From assembly GCA_017992055.1 (NCBI GenBank), contig JAGOPK010000004.1, positions 112,165 to 176,164 on the forward strand: 64,000 bases of DNA. The letters are read 5' to 3'. Source of the stretch: Burkholderiaceae bacterium (GTDB lineage Bacteria > Pseudomonadota > Gammaproteobacteria > Burkholderiales > Burkholderiaceae_C). The notes beneath the pieces were generated by a model, which was given only the letters and a program-made list of their open reading frames with translations, was not told the origin of the DNA and made no database searches. The first letter of the stretch is position 1, and every line of letters starts with the position of its first letter. The position numbers and the translations under genes were made by a program. Positions 40,277 through 48,789 of the stretch are shown piece after piece.

Positions 40277-40922
40277 AGCCCAGGCCCCGATAGGTGACGA
40301 TCTGCACGCCACTGCCCTCCAGCCGGCGGCGCACGCGGTGCATCAAGGTGTCCAGCGCGGCCGGCTGCACTTCGTCCTCGTCGCTGAACACGCGGTCCAG
40401 CAGCTGCTGGCGCGACAGCGGCTCACCGCTGCGGGCGATCAGCGCACGCATCAGTGCATGCTCGCGCGGCGACAGTTGCAGCACCTCGTCGACCAGGGTG
40501 AACTGGCGGTGCACGGCATCGAATTGCAGCGGGCCGCAGGCCAGGCGTGGCCGCTCGCTGCCACGCGAGCGCCGGATCAGCGCGGTCAGGCGCGCTTCCA
40601 ACTCGGCCAGCGCAAACGGCTTGGGCAGGAAGTCGTCCGCGCCTTCGTTCAGGGTGCTGACACGCTCGGACAGCGAGTCTCGGGCCGTCAGCACCAGCAC
40701 GGGCACGGGACTGCGCCGTTCGCGCAGCCGGCGCAGCACCTCGTGGCCACTGCGCCCCGGCAGACCCAGGTCGAGCACGACGGCGTCGTAGTCGTCCTGG
40801 CCGAGCGCCTGCTCGACCAGGCGACCATCGTCGCGCCAGTCCACGCGAAAGCCGGACTGCTCCAACGCCTTGCTGAGCCATTCGCCCAGGGCGTGTTCGT
40901 CTTCGGCCAGCAGGATGCGCAT
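40242..40922 (-). CDS. tctD: TctD-like OmpR-family response regulator
   Basis: RILLAED, VLDLGLP, DDFLPKPF, VTYRGLGY. Confidence 0.9.
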   Translation of the reverse strand: MRILLAEDEHALGEWLSKALEQSGFRVDWRDDGRLVEQALGQDDYDAVVLDLGLPGRSGHEVLRRLRERRSPVPVLVLTARDSLSERVSTLNEGADDFLPKPFALAELEARLTALIRRSRGSERPRLACGPLQFDAVHRQFTLVDEVLQLSPREHALMRALIARSGEPLSRQQLLDRVFSDEDEVQPAALDTLMHRVRRRLEGSGVQIVTYRGLGYALEAGPARNA

Positions 40923-41026
40923 GGCCGGGATTCTGGCCCGGCGCGCGACACCCGCTGAAAGGCAACTGAGAGGTTCAGCGTCGCACAGTCGCGAACGTTC
41001 ACACCCAGACCCAACCGGAGACACGA

Positions 41027-42016
41027 ATGCAAGACCTCATCCTCGGCCGCCGCCGCCTTCTGCAACTGGGCGCCGCTGCAGGCACGGGCCTGCTGGCGGC
41101 GCAACGCGCCGCCGCCGCCGATGCCTGGCCGAGCCGGGCCATCCGCTTCGTCGTCCCGTTTGCACCCGGCGGCAGCAGCGAGATCGTGGCCCGGACCACG
41201 GCGCTGGAACTGGGCAAGGCGCTGGGCCAGTCGGTGTACGTCGACAACAAGCCGGGCGGCGCTGGCAACGTGGCCATGCAGGAGGTGGCGCGTGCCGACG
41301 ACCACACCATCGTCCTGGGCCACATCGGCACGCTGGCAGTCAATCCGTACATCTTCGACAAGCTGCCCTACGACCCCGTCAAGGACTTCCGGCCCATCTC
41401 CTTGCTGGCCAAGGTGCCCAGCCTGTACCTGGTGCGTCCGGAGCTGCCGGTGAAGAACCTGAAGGAGCTGATCGCCTACGCCAAGAAGAACCCGGGCAAG
41501 CTGAACTACGGATCGGCGGGCAACGGCAGCGCGGGCCACCTGGCGATGGAGTACCTCAAGATGGTCAGCGACACCTTCATGCTGCACGTGCCCTACCGCG
41601 GCACGGGGCCGCAGCTGACCGACTTGCTGGCCGGCCGGCTGGATGCGGCCTCCGTCGGCGCCCCAGCGGTGCTGCAGTTCATCAAGGCCGGCAAGCTGCG
41701 CTGCATCGCCACCGGCACCGCGCAGCGCATCCCGCAGCTGCCCGACGTGCCGACGGTGGCCGAACAAGGCTATCCCGGCTTCGAGATGACGCAGTGGTAT
41801 GGCGTGATGGCACCGGCATCCCTGCCGCAGGCCGCTGCGGACAAGCTCGCCGCCGCGGCCGCAGCGGCGGTCAAGCAGCCAGGCTCGACCGAAAAGTTCA
41901 ATGCCGAGGCGGCCATCGGCGTCGGCGGCACGCCTGCTGAGTTCGCAAAGTTCATCGCCGCTGAGCAGCAGCGATGGAAGCAGGTGGTGGTGCGGGCAAA
42001 GATCAAGCCGGACTGA
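41027..42016 (+). CDS. Bug/TctC-family substrate-binding protein with Tat-like signal
   Basis: RRRLL, VPFAPGG, VDNKPGG, YGSAGNG, HVPYRG. Confidence 0.92.
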   Translation: MQDLILGRRRLLQLGAAAGTGLLAAQRAAAADAWPSRAIRFVVPFAPGGSSEIVARTTALELGKALGQSVYVDNKPGGAGNVAMQEVARADDHTIVLGHIGTLAVNPYIFDKLPYDPVKDFRPISLLAKVPSLYLVRPELPVKNLKELIAYAKKNPGKLNYGSAGNGSAGHLAMEYLKMVSDTFMLHVPYRGTGPQLTDLLAGRLDAASVGAPAVLQFIKAGKLRCIATGTAQRIPQLPDVPTVAEQGYPGFEMTQWYGVMAPASLPQAAADKLAAAAAAAVKQPGSTEKFNAEAAIGVGGTPAEFAKFIAAEQQRWKQVVVRAKIKPD

Positions 42017-42041
42017 CTCGCGCGAGCCCATGGGGCCCAGG

Positions 42042-42056
42042 TGTTGAGACTCAACA
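42042..42056. promoter_or_regulatory. Palindrome TGTTGAG-A-CTCAACA
   Basis: Perfect 7-bp inverted repeat; left half identical to the 46523 operator read on the minus strand. Confidence 0.45.
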
Positions 42057-42106
42057 GCTGGCTCCACCTCCACCCAGACAGAAGGAAGACAGCGCCGGCA
42101 ATTCGC

Positions 42107-42151
42107 TTGACCTTTAAATCAATGCAAAGTAATGTAGTGCACGGACATTAC
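42107..42151 (+). promoter_or_regulatory. Promoter TTGACC-N17-TAATGT overlapped by operator GTAATGT-N9-ACATTAC
   Basis: Read directly about 30 bp upstream of the opine dehydrogenase ATG. Confidence 0.6.
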
Positions 42152-42181
42152 TGGCCGGCCGGGCCGGCATCGGGACACACG

Positions 42182-43255
42182 ATGAAGATTGCAGTGCTGG
42201 GTGGTGGGCATGGCTGTTATGCGGCCGCAGCGGATCTGTCGTTGAACGGGCATGAGGTCCGGCTCTGGCGGCGGGATGCGGCGGCTCTGTCGGCCGTCGT
42301 GCAGGCCGGGAGCATCCGCCTGAAGGACGCCGACGGCGCGCGCGACGTGCCTGTCGCCTTGGCCACGGCAGACATCGGCCAGGCCCTGCGTGATGCCGAG
42401 CTCATCGTGCTGCCGACGCCGGCGCTGGCGCAGGCCGACATCGCACGCGCCATGGCACCGCATCTGCGCGATGGCCAGGTGGTGTTCCTGCCACCGGGCA
42501 CCTTTGGCAGCGTCGTGATGTCGCGTATCGTGCGCGCTGCCGGCAACCGGGCCGACGTCGCCTGGGCCGAGACCGGCACGCTGCCCTACCTGGCCCGCAA
42601 ACACGGCGAGCGCGAGGTCAACCTCACCATCCGCGCCATCCGCCTGCCCACGGGCGTGTACCCGCAGCGCAAGTCCGATGCGGCGATCGAAGTCATCCGC
42701 CGTGCCTACCCGGCCGTGCACGCCTGCGGCGATGCGCTGTCGGGCGCGCTGATGAACGCCGGCCCGGTGATCCATCCGCCGCTGATGGTGATGAATGCCG
42801 CGCCGCTGCAGCACTTCGAGCGCTGGGACATCCACAACGAGGGCACCCAGCCCGCCGTGCGCGCGGTCACCGACCGCCTGGACCAGGAGCGCATCGCGGT
42901 GCGCGAGGCCTTCGGCTATGGCGGCCCCCACTATCCACTGGCCGACCACTACAACAACGACCAGTGGATGTACGGCGACGCGCACAAGCGGCTGGTGAAG
43001 TCGGGCGACTGGCGCGAGAACATCGACCTGCACCACCACCGCTACATCGCCGAGGACACCGAGCTCGGCCTGGCCTTCCTCGCCTCGGCCGCCCGGTATG
43101 CGGGCGTCGACGCGCCGGTGGCCCACGGCCTGCTGGCCATCGTCGGCGGTTTCCTCGGGCGCGACCTGCGTCAGGGGCCACGCAGCTTCGAGGCGCTGGG
43201 GCTGGCCGGGCTGTCGATTGACACCCTGCAACGCAGGCTTGCCGATGGCGAATGA
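42182..43255 (+). CDS. NAD/NADP octopine/nopaline (opine) dehydrogenase family protein
   Basis: IAVLGGGHG, AETGTLPY, NAGPVIHPPL, HRYIAED..GL. Confidence 0.88.
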   Translation: MKIAVLGGGHGCYAAAADLSLNGHEVRLWRRDAAALSAVVQAGSIRLKDADGARDVPVALATADIGQALRDAELIVLPTPALAQADIARAMAPHLRDGQVVFLPPGTFGSVVMSRIVRAAGNRADVAWAETGTLPYLARKHGEREVNLTIRAIRLPTGVYPQRKSDAAIEVIRRAYPAVHACGDALSGALMNAGPVIHPPLMVMNAAPLQHFERWDIHNEGTQPAVRAVTDRLDQERIAVREAFGYGGPHYPLADHYNNDQWMYGDAHKRLVKSGDWRENIDLHHHRYIAEDTELGLAFLASAARYAGVDAPVAHGLLAIVGGFLGRDLRQGPRSFEALGLAGLSIDTLQRRLADGE

Positions 43256-44270
43256 TCCGCACACGGCCGCAGCCGCGGCCAGGCCGCCGCGCTTCGCGGC
43301 CGTCGGCGCCGGGCGCATGGGCCGCGGCATCGCGATCGCGTTCGCCTATGCCGGGCACCGCATCGCCCTGGTCGACCTGCGCCCGCGCGATGCCGCGGCC
43401 TGGGAGCGGCTGTGCCAGGAGGCGCGGGCCGAGATCCTGGGCGCGCTGCAGGGCCTGGCCGCGATGGGCGTCGTCAGCGAGCAGCAGGTCGGACACATCG
43501 CGGCGCGCGTCGAACTCGTCCGCGCACAGGATGCGCCGGCGGCCCTGGCAGCCGCGGAACTGGTGTTCGAGGGCGTGCCGGAAACCCTGGCCGCCAAGCG
43601 CGAGGCCTTCGACTGGCTGAACCGCCATTGCCGCGACGACGCGGTGCTGACCTCCACCACCAGCAGCATCCTGGTCACGCAGCTGGCCGGGCTGGTCCGG
43701 CTGCCGCAGCGCTTTCTCAACATCCACTGGCTGAACCCGGCCTACGTGATCCCGGTGGTCGAGCTGAGCTGCCATCCGGGCACCGACCCGGACGTGCTCG
43801 ACCGCACGCGCGACATCCTGACGGGCATCGGCAAGCTGCCGGTGGTCTGTGGCGCCACGCCGGGCTACATCGTGCCGCGGCTGCAGGCGCTGATCATGAA
43901 CGAGGCCGCCCGCATGATCGAGGAAGGCGCCGCCACCGCCGAAGAGATCGACAAGGCCACGCGCTACGGCCTGGGGCTGCGCTTCGCGGCGCTCGGCGTG
44001 GTCGAGTTCATCGACTTCGGCGGCTGCGACATCCTGCATCACGCCAGCCGCGAGATGGCGCAGAGCATCGACGCGGCCCGCTATGCGGCCCCGGCCATCG
44101 TGGACGACATGATGGCCGGCAACCGGCTCGGCCTGAAGACGGGCAGCGGCTTCTACGACTATGCGGGGCGCGACCTGGCGGCCTACCGGCGCGACGTGCT
44201 GGGCCGCACGCTGGGCATGCTGCGCCATGCCGGCATGCTGCACCCGCCCAGCGACGAGACGCTGCCGTGA
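43245..44270 (+). CDS. 3-hydroxyacyl-CoA dehydrogenase family protein
   Basis: VGAGRMGRGIA, EGVPETL, STTSS, HWLNP, PGYIVPRLQ. Confidence 0.88.
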   Translation: MANDPHTAAAAARPPRFAAVGAGRMGRGIAIAFAYAGHRIALVDLRPRDAAAWERLCQEARAEILGALQGLAAMGVVSEQQVGHIAARVELVRAQDAPAALAAAELVFEGVPETLAAKREAFDWLNRHCRDDAVLTSTTSSILVTQLAGLVRLPQRFLNIHWLNPAYVIPVVELSCHPGTDPDVLDRTRDILTGIGKLPVVCGATPGYIVPRLQALIMNEAARMIEEGAATAEEIDKATRYGLGLRFAALGVVEFIDFGGCDILHHASREMAQSIDAARYAAPAIVDDMMAGNRLGLKTGSGFYDYAGRDLAAYRRDVLGRTLGMLRHAGMLHPPSDETLP

Positions 44271-45073
44271 CGACGGCCCTGCGGCGCGCTTTCGTCGACC
44301 TGCCTGCCGGGCCCGTCCACTACGCCAGCTGCGGCGCGCCCGACCTGCCGGCGGTGCTGCTGCTGCACCAGTCGCCGCGCAGCTGGCGCGAATATGCGCA
44401 GGTGCTGCCGCTGCTGGGCCGCCGCTGGCATGCGGTGGCCATGGACACGGCCGGCTTCGGCGACTCGGCGCCGCTGGCCGCGCCGGCCTCGATCGAGCAG
44501 TACGCGCAGGTCGCCTGGGCGCTGGTCGATGCGCTGCGGCTGGCGCCGGTGCACATCGTCGGCCACCACACCGGCGGCGTGATCGCCATCGAGATGGCCG
44601 CCGCCCGGCCCGGCGAGGTGGCCTCGCTGGTGCTCTCGTCGACGCCGTTCACCGACGCGGCGTTCCGCCACGCACGGGCCCAGCGGCCGCCCATCGACGA
44701 GGTGCCGCCCAGCGACGACGGCAGCCACCTGGCCGCGCTGTGGCAGCGGCGCCAGGGCTTCTACCCGCCGGGGCGCCCTGCGCTGCTGCAGGCTTTTGTG
44801 CGCGATGCGCTGGCGGTGGCCGACCCCGAGGACGGCCACCGCGCCGTCGCCGCCTACCGCATGGAAGACCGCATCGCCCGCGTCCACCAGCGCGCCTGCA
44901 TCCTGCGCGCGACCGACGACCCCTTCGCCGCGCCGCATGCCGCCGAGCTGGCGCAGCATCTGCCGCAGGCCGGCATCGTCGACATCCCCGGCGGCATGGT
45001 GCCGCTGCCCGACCAGATGCCCGAGGCCTTTGCCGCGGCGGTCGAGGCCTTCCTGGCCGGGGCGCCGGCATGA
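44267..45073 (+). CDS. Alpha/beta-hydrolase-fold protein with non-canonical active site
   Basis: LLHQSP, DTAGFGDS, GHHTGG at the nucleophile elbow; GTG start overlaps upstream stop. Confidence 0.8.
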   Translation: MTTALRRAFVDLPAGPVHYASCGAPDLPAVLLLHQSPRSWREYAQVLPLLGRRWHAVAMDTAGFGDSAPLAAPASIEQYAQVAWALVDALRLAPVHIVGHHTGGVIAIEMAAARPGEVASLVLSSTPFTDAAFRHARAQRPPIDEVPPSDDGSHLAALWQRRQGFYPPGRPALLQAFVRDALAVADPEDGHRAVAAYRMEDRIARVHQRACILRATDDPFAAPHAAELAQHLPQAGIVDIPGGMVPLPDQMPEAFAAAVEAFLAGAPA

Positions 45074-45936
45074 GGGCCCTGCGCATCCACGGCTGGGGCC
45101 AGGCGCCGGTGCTGGAGACGCTGCCCGACCCGGTGCCGGCCCCGGGCCGCAGCATCGTGCGGATGGCGGCGGCCACCGTCGGCCACATCGACCGCACCGT
45201 GGCCGCCGGCAAGTTCATGTCGCCGCTGCGGCCGCCCTACATCCCCGGTGTGGAAGGGGCGGGCATCGTCGTCGGCGGCGACCGCTTTGCCGCGGGCCAG
45301 CGGGTCTGGGTGCGCGGCGGCGGGCTGGGCAACCGCAGCGACGGCACCTGGTGCGAGCTGATCGACGCCCCCGACGGCGCCGTCGGCGAACTGCCCGACG
45401 GCATCCCGTTCGAGCTGGGCTCGGCCTTCTTCTCGCCCTGTGCGTCGGCCTGGGTGGCCGTGCACGGCGTCGGCGCGCTGCGCGCCGGCGAGCGCGTGGC
45501 CGTCACCGGCGCCAGCGGCGCCGTCGGCACGGTGGCCGCGCAGCTGGCGTGCGAGGCGGGTGCGACGCTGGTCGGCTCGCCCGGGCCCGGCGCCACCGTC
45601 GACCTGCTGATCGACACCGTGGGCGGCACTGTGCTGGAGGCCCTGCTGCCGGCCGTCGAGCCCGGCGGCCGGGTGGTGCTGGTGGGCTATACCGCGGGCG
45701 AGTCGCTGTCCGTCTCGCTGCCCTGGCTGCTGCAGCGCGACGTGCGCCTGCTGCCGCTGAACATGTACCGACGCGAGGCCGAGGGCAGGGCGGCCCAGCC
45801 CGAACTGCTGGCCCGGCTGGCGGACGGCCGCATCACGGTGGCGACGCGCAGCTTCCCCATCGGCGAGGCGGCAGAGGCCCTGGCTTGGATAGGCCAGCGG
45901 GGCCATCGCGGCCGGGCCGTGCTGGTGCCCGATTGA
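45070..45936 (+). CDS. Quinone oxidoreductase / MDR-family protein (short)
   Basis: PYIPGVEGAG, VTGASGAVG, DTVGG, GRVVLVG. Confidence 0.8.
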   Translation: MRALRIHGWGQAPVLETLPDPVPAPGRSIVRMAAATVGHIDRTVAAGKFMSPLRPPYIPGVEGAGIVVGGDRFAAGQRVWVRGGGLGNRSDGTWCELIDAPDGAVGELPDGIPFELGSAFFSPCASAWVAVHGVGALRAGERVAVTGASGAVGTVAAQLACEAGATLVGSPGPGATVDLLIDTVGGTVLEALLPAVEPGGRVVLVGYTAGESLSVSLPWLLQRDVRLLPLNMYRREAEGRAAQPELLARLADGRITVATRSFPIGEAAEALAWIGQRGHRGRAVLVPD

Positions 45937-45964
45937 GGCCGGGCTGAGGCCGGGCTGAGGCCGG
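45934..45964. repeat. About 2.8 x 11-bp tandem repeat TGAGGCCGGGC between convergent genes
   Basis: Read directly. Confidence 0.7.
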
Positions 45965-45979
45965 CCAGCCCTCGGCCGC

Positions 45980-46462
45980 TCAGGCGTCGGGGTCTTCGAG
46001 CTCGGTCCCGGGGGTCACGGCGTGCAGCTCGATCATCTGCCGCAGCGTCGTCTTCAACTCCTCGGCACGCGCCAGGCCGAAAGGCTCGAGCACGCGGTGC
46101 TCATGCTCGCGTGCCAGCGTGATCAGCTGCGAGATGGTGCGGGCGCCGCTGCGGGTGATGCGCACCAGCGTGATGCGGCGATCACTGTCGTGGGGCAGGC
46201 GTTCGACCTGCCCCTTGGCTTCCATGCGATCCAGCAGGCGGGTCACGGTCGGCTGCTTGGTCACCGTGGTCTGCGCCAGCTCGCCGATGCTGATCGGCAC
46301 GCCGTCGGCCAGTGTCGCCATGACCCGCCATTCGCTGACCGAGAAGCCGTGCTGCCGCGCCACGACGTGGAACTCGGCAGAGATGAGCTGGCTGGCCTGG
46401 GCCAGCAGCGCAGGCAGGTAGTCGTCCACGAAACGGGTGGGATTGGCGCGGCGTGAGTTCAT
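45980..46462 (-). CDS. MarR-family regulator (IadR-like position), divergent from the catabolic operon
   Basis: DYLPALLAQAS, SEWRVMATL, KQPTVTRLLDRME, DRRITLVRIT. Confidence 0.88.
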   Translation of the reverse strand: MNSRRANPTRFVDDYLPALLAQASQLISAEFHVVARQHGFSVSEWRVMATLADGVPISIGELAQTTVTKQPTVTRLLDRMEAKGQVERLPHDSDRRITLVRITRSGARTISQLITLAREHEHRVLEPFGLARAEELKTTLRQMIELHAVTPGTELEDPDA

Positions 46463-46522
46463 CGCCGGCCATCCTACCTCTGGCATGACGCTTGCTGATC
46501 CTAGGGGAATTCATGATTGTGG

Positions 46523-46546
46523 ATATGTTTATGTCTCAACATAATT
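46523..46546. promoter_or_regulatory. Candidate MarR operator ATATGTTTATGTCTCAACATAATT
   Basis: AT-rich imperfect palindrome in the divergent intergenic region; 18/24 identical to reverse complement of 58847-58870. Confidence 0.7.
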
Positions 46547-46590
46547 CATGGTCGAAGGGCGCCTCATCTGCACCTCCTTGAGAACGGGTC

Positions 46591-48765
46591 ATGGCCGAAA
46601 GATCGTTTGTCGAAGAAGTCAAGAAGCTGCGGCTGAAGCAGGGCGAGGTCTTCCGCGGTGAAGGCATCCTGGCGGTCACCAAGGCGCTGCTGGAGTCCGG
46701 CGTGTCGTACGTGGCGGGCTACCAGGGCGCGCCGATCTCGCATCTGATGGATGTGCTGGCCGACGCGCAGGACATCCTGTCGGAGCACGGCATCCGCTTC
46801 GAGAACAGCGCCAGCGAGGCCACGGCCGCCGCCACGCTGGCCGCCTCGGTCAACTACCCGCTGCGCGGGGCGGTGACCTTCAAGGCGACGGTGGGCACCA
46901 ATGTCGCCTCCGATGCGCTGGCCAACCTGGCGTCCGGCGGCGTCACCGGCGGCGCGCTGATCATCGTCGGCGAGGACTACGGCGAGGGCTCGTCCATCAT
47001 GCAGGAGCGCAGCCATGCCTTCGCGATGAAGTCGCAGATGTGGCTGCTCGATCCGCGGCCCAACCTGCCCAGCATCGTCGCCATGGTGAAGCAGGGCTTC
47101 GAGCTGTCCGAGGCCAGCCACACCCCGGTGATGGTGCAACTGCGCATCCGTGCCTGCCATGTGCACGGCCAGTTCGTGGCCGCCGACAACCGCCGCGCCG
47201 ACTTCACGCTGAAAGAGGCGCTGGAGCAGCCGCGGCGCGATGTCGACCGCATCGTGCTGCCGCCGGCCAGCTTCCTGCACGAGCAGGAGAAGGTGAAGCA
47301 GCGCTGGCCGGCGGCCGTGCGCTTCATCGAGCAGCGTGGCCTCAACGAGTTCTTCGCCGAGGGTGCCGACGACATCGGCATCATCGTGCAGGGCGGTTGC
47401 TACAACACCCAGGTGCGGGCGCTCGAGCGTCTGGGCCTGGCCGACGTCTACGGCCGCACCAGGCTGCCGCTGTACGTGATGAACGTGGCCTATCCCGTCA
47501 TCGAGAGCGAGGTGCTGCGCTTCTGCGAAGGCAAGCGCGCCGTGCTGGTGGTGGAGGAGGGCCAGCCCAACTTCGTTGAGCAGAACCTGGCCACCATCCT
47601 GCGCCAGGCCGGCAGTGGCACGGTGCTGCATGGCAAGGACCTGCTGCCGGTGGCCGGCGAATACACCGCCCAGGCGCTGGTCGGCGGAACGCGGGCCTTC
47701 TGCGAGAAGTACGGCCGCCTGCCGAGCGTGCCCACGGTGCCAGCGCCGGTCGCGCCCCAGCCGCCGCGCAAGATCATCCCGCTCATCAGCCAGGCCGATC
47801 TGCTGCCGCTCTCCAGCAGCGTGCACGCCCGCCCGCCGGGCTTTTGCACCGGCTGCCCCGAGCGCCCGATCTTCAGCGCGATGAAGCTGGTGCAGAAGGA
47901 CCTGGGCGAGCACCATGTCAGCGCCGACATCGGCTGCCACCTGTTCTCCATCCTGCCGCCGTTCAACATCGGCAATACGACCATGGGCTACGGCCTGGGC
48001 AGCGCTGGCGCCGCCGCGTTGAACGCACCGGCCGGCAAGCGCGCGATCTCGGTGATGGGCGACGGCGGCTTCTGGCACAACGGCCTCACCAGCGGCATCG
48101 CCAACGCGGTGTTCAACCAGAGCGACAACGTGACCGTGGTGGTGGACAACAGCTACACCTCGGCCACCGGCGGGCAGGACATCCTGTCGTCGAAGGCGCT
48201 CAATGCCACGCGCAGCACCGGCCACCTGATCGAGAAGGCAGTGCGTGGCGTGGGCGTCGAATGGGTGCGCACCATCCGGCGCACCTACGACGTGGCCGGC
48301 ATGCGCGACGCGCTGCACGAGGCGCTCACCACCAAGGAGAAGGGCCCCAAGGTCATCATCGCGCAGTCGGAGTGCATGCTGAACCGCCAGCGCCGCGAGA
48401 AGCCGCAGGTGCGCAAGGCGATTGCCGAGGGCAAGCGCATGGTGCGCGAGAAGTTCGGCGTCGACCCCGACACCTGCACCGGCGACCACTCCTGCATCCG
48501 GCTGTCGGGATGCCCCTCGCTGTCGATCAAGCCCAACCCCGATCCGCTGCGCACCGACCCGGTGGCCACCGTGCTCGAGACCTGCGTGGGCTGCGGCGTG
48601 TGCGGCGAGGTTTCGCATGCCGCCGTGCTGTGCCCGTCGTTCTACAAGGCGCAAGTGCTGAGCAACCCCAACGCCTGGGACCGCCTGCGCGAGCGCCTGC
48701 GCCAGACCGTGATCGGCTGGATGCAGCGCCGCGATGCCGCACGCCGTGCGCGTTTTGCCTTCTGA
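46591..48765 (+). CDS. iorA: Indolepyruvate:ferredoxin oxidoreductase-like alpha subunit
   Basis: GYQGAP, FCTGCPER, DIGCH, GDGGFWHNG TPP motif, C-terminal ferredoxin Cys motifs. Confidence 0.9.
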   Translation: MAERSFVEEVKKLRLKQGEVFRGEGILAVTKALLESGVSYVAGYQGAPISHLMDVLADAQDILSEHGIRFENSASEATAAATLAASVNYPLRGAVTFKATVGTNVASDALANLASGGVTGGALIIVGEDYGEGSSIMQERSHAFAMKSQMWLLDPRPNLPSIVAMVKQGFELSEASHTPVMVQLRIRACHVHGQFVAADNRRADFTLKEALEQPRRDVDRIVLPPASFLHEQEKVKQRWPAAVRFIEQRGLNEFFAEGADDIGIIVQGGCYNTQVRALERLGLADVYGRTRLPLYVMNVAYPVIESEVLRFCEGKRAVLVVEEGQPNFVEQNLATILRQAGSGTVLHGKDLLPVAGEYTAQALVGGTRAFCEKYGRLPSVPTVPAPVAPQPPRKIIPLISQADLLPLSSSVHARPPGFCTGCPERPIFSAMKLVQKDLGEHHVSADIGCHLFSILPPFNIGNTTMGYGLGSAGAAALNAPAGKRAISVMGDGGFWHNGLTSGIANAVFNQSDNVTVVVDNSYTSATGGQDILSSKALNATRSTGHLIEKAVRGVGVEWVRTIRRTYDVAGMRDALHEALTTKEKGPKVIIAQSECMLNRQRREKPQVRKAIAEGKRMVREKFGVDPDTCTGDHSCIRLSGCPSLSIKPNPDPLRTDPVATVLETCVGCGVCGEVSHAAVLCPSFYKAQVLSNPNAWDRLRERLRQTVIGWMQRRDAARRARFAF

Positions 48766-48789
48766 TTGCCTTCTGATCGGGAACGAGCG

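Noticed and set aside
45934-45979. TGAGGCCGGGC tandem repeat as a REP or mobile element
   Set aside because: Single locus in the window; best explained as slippage within a terminator-like spacer between convergent genes
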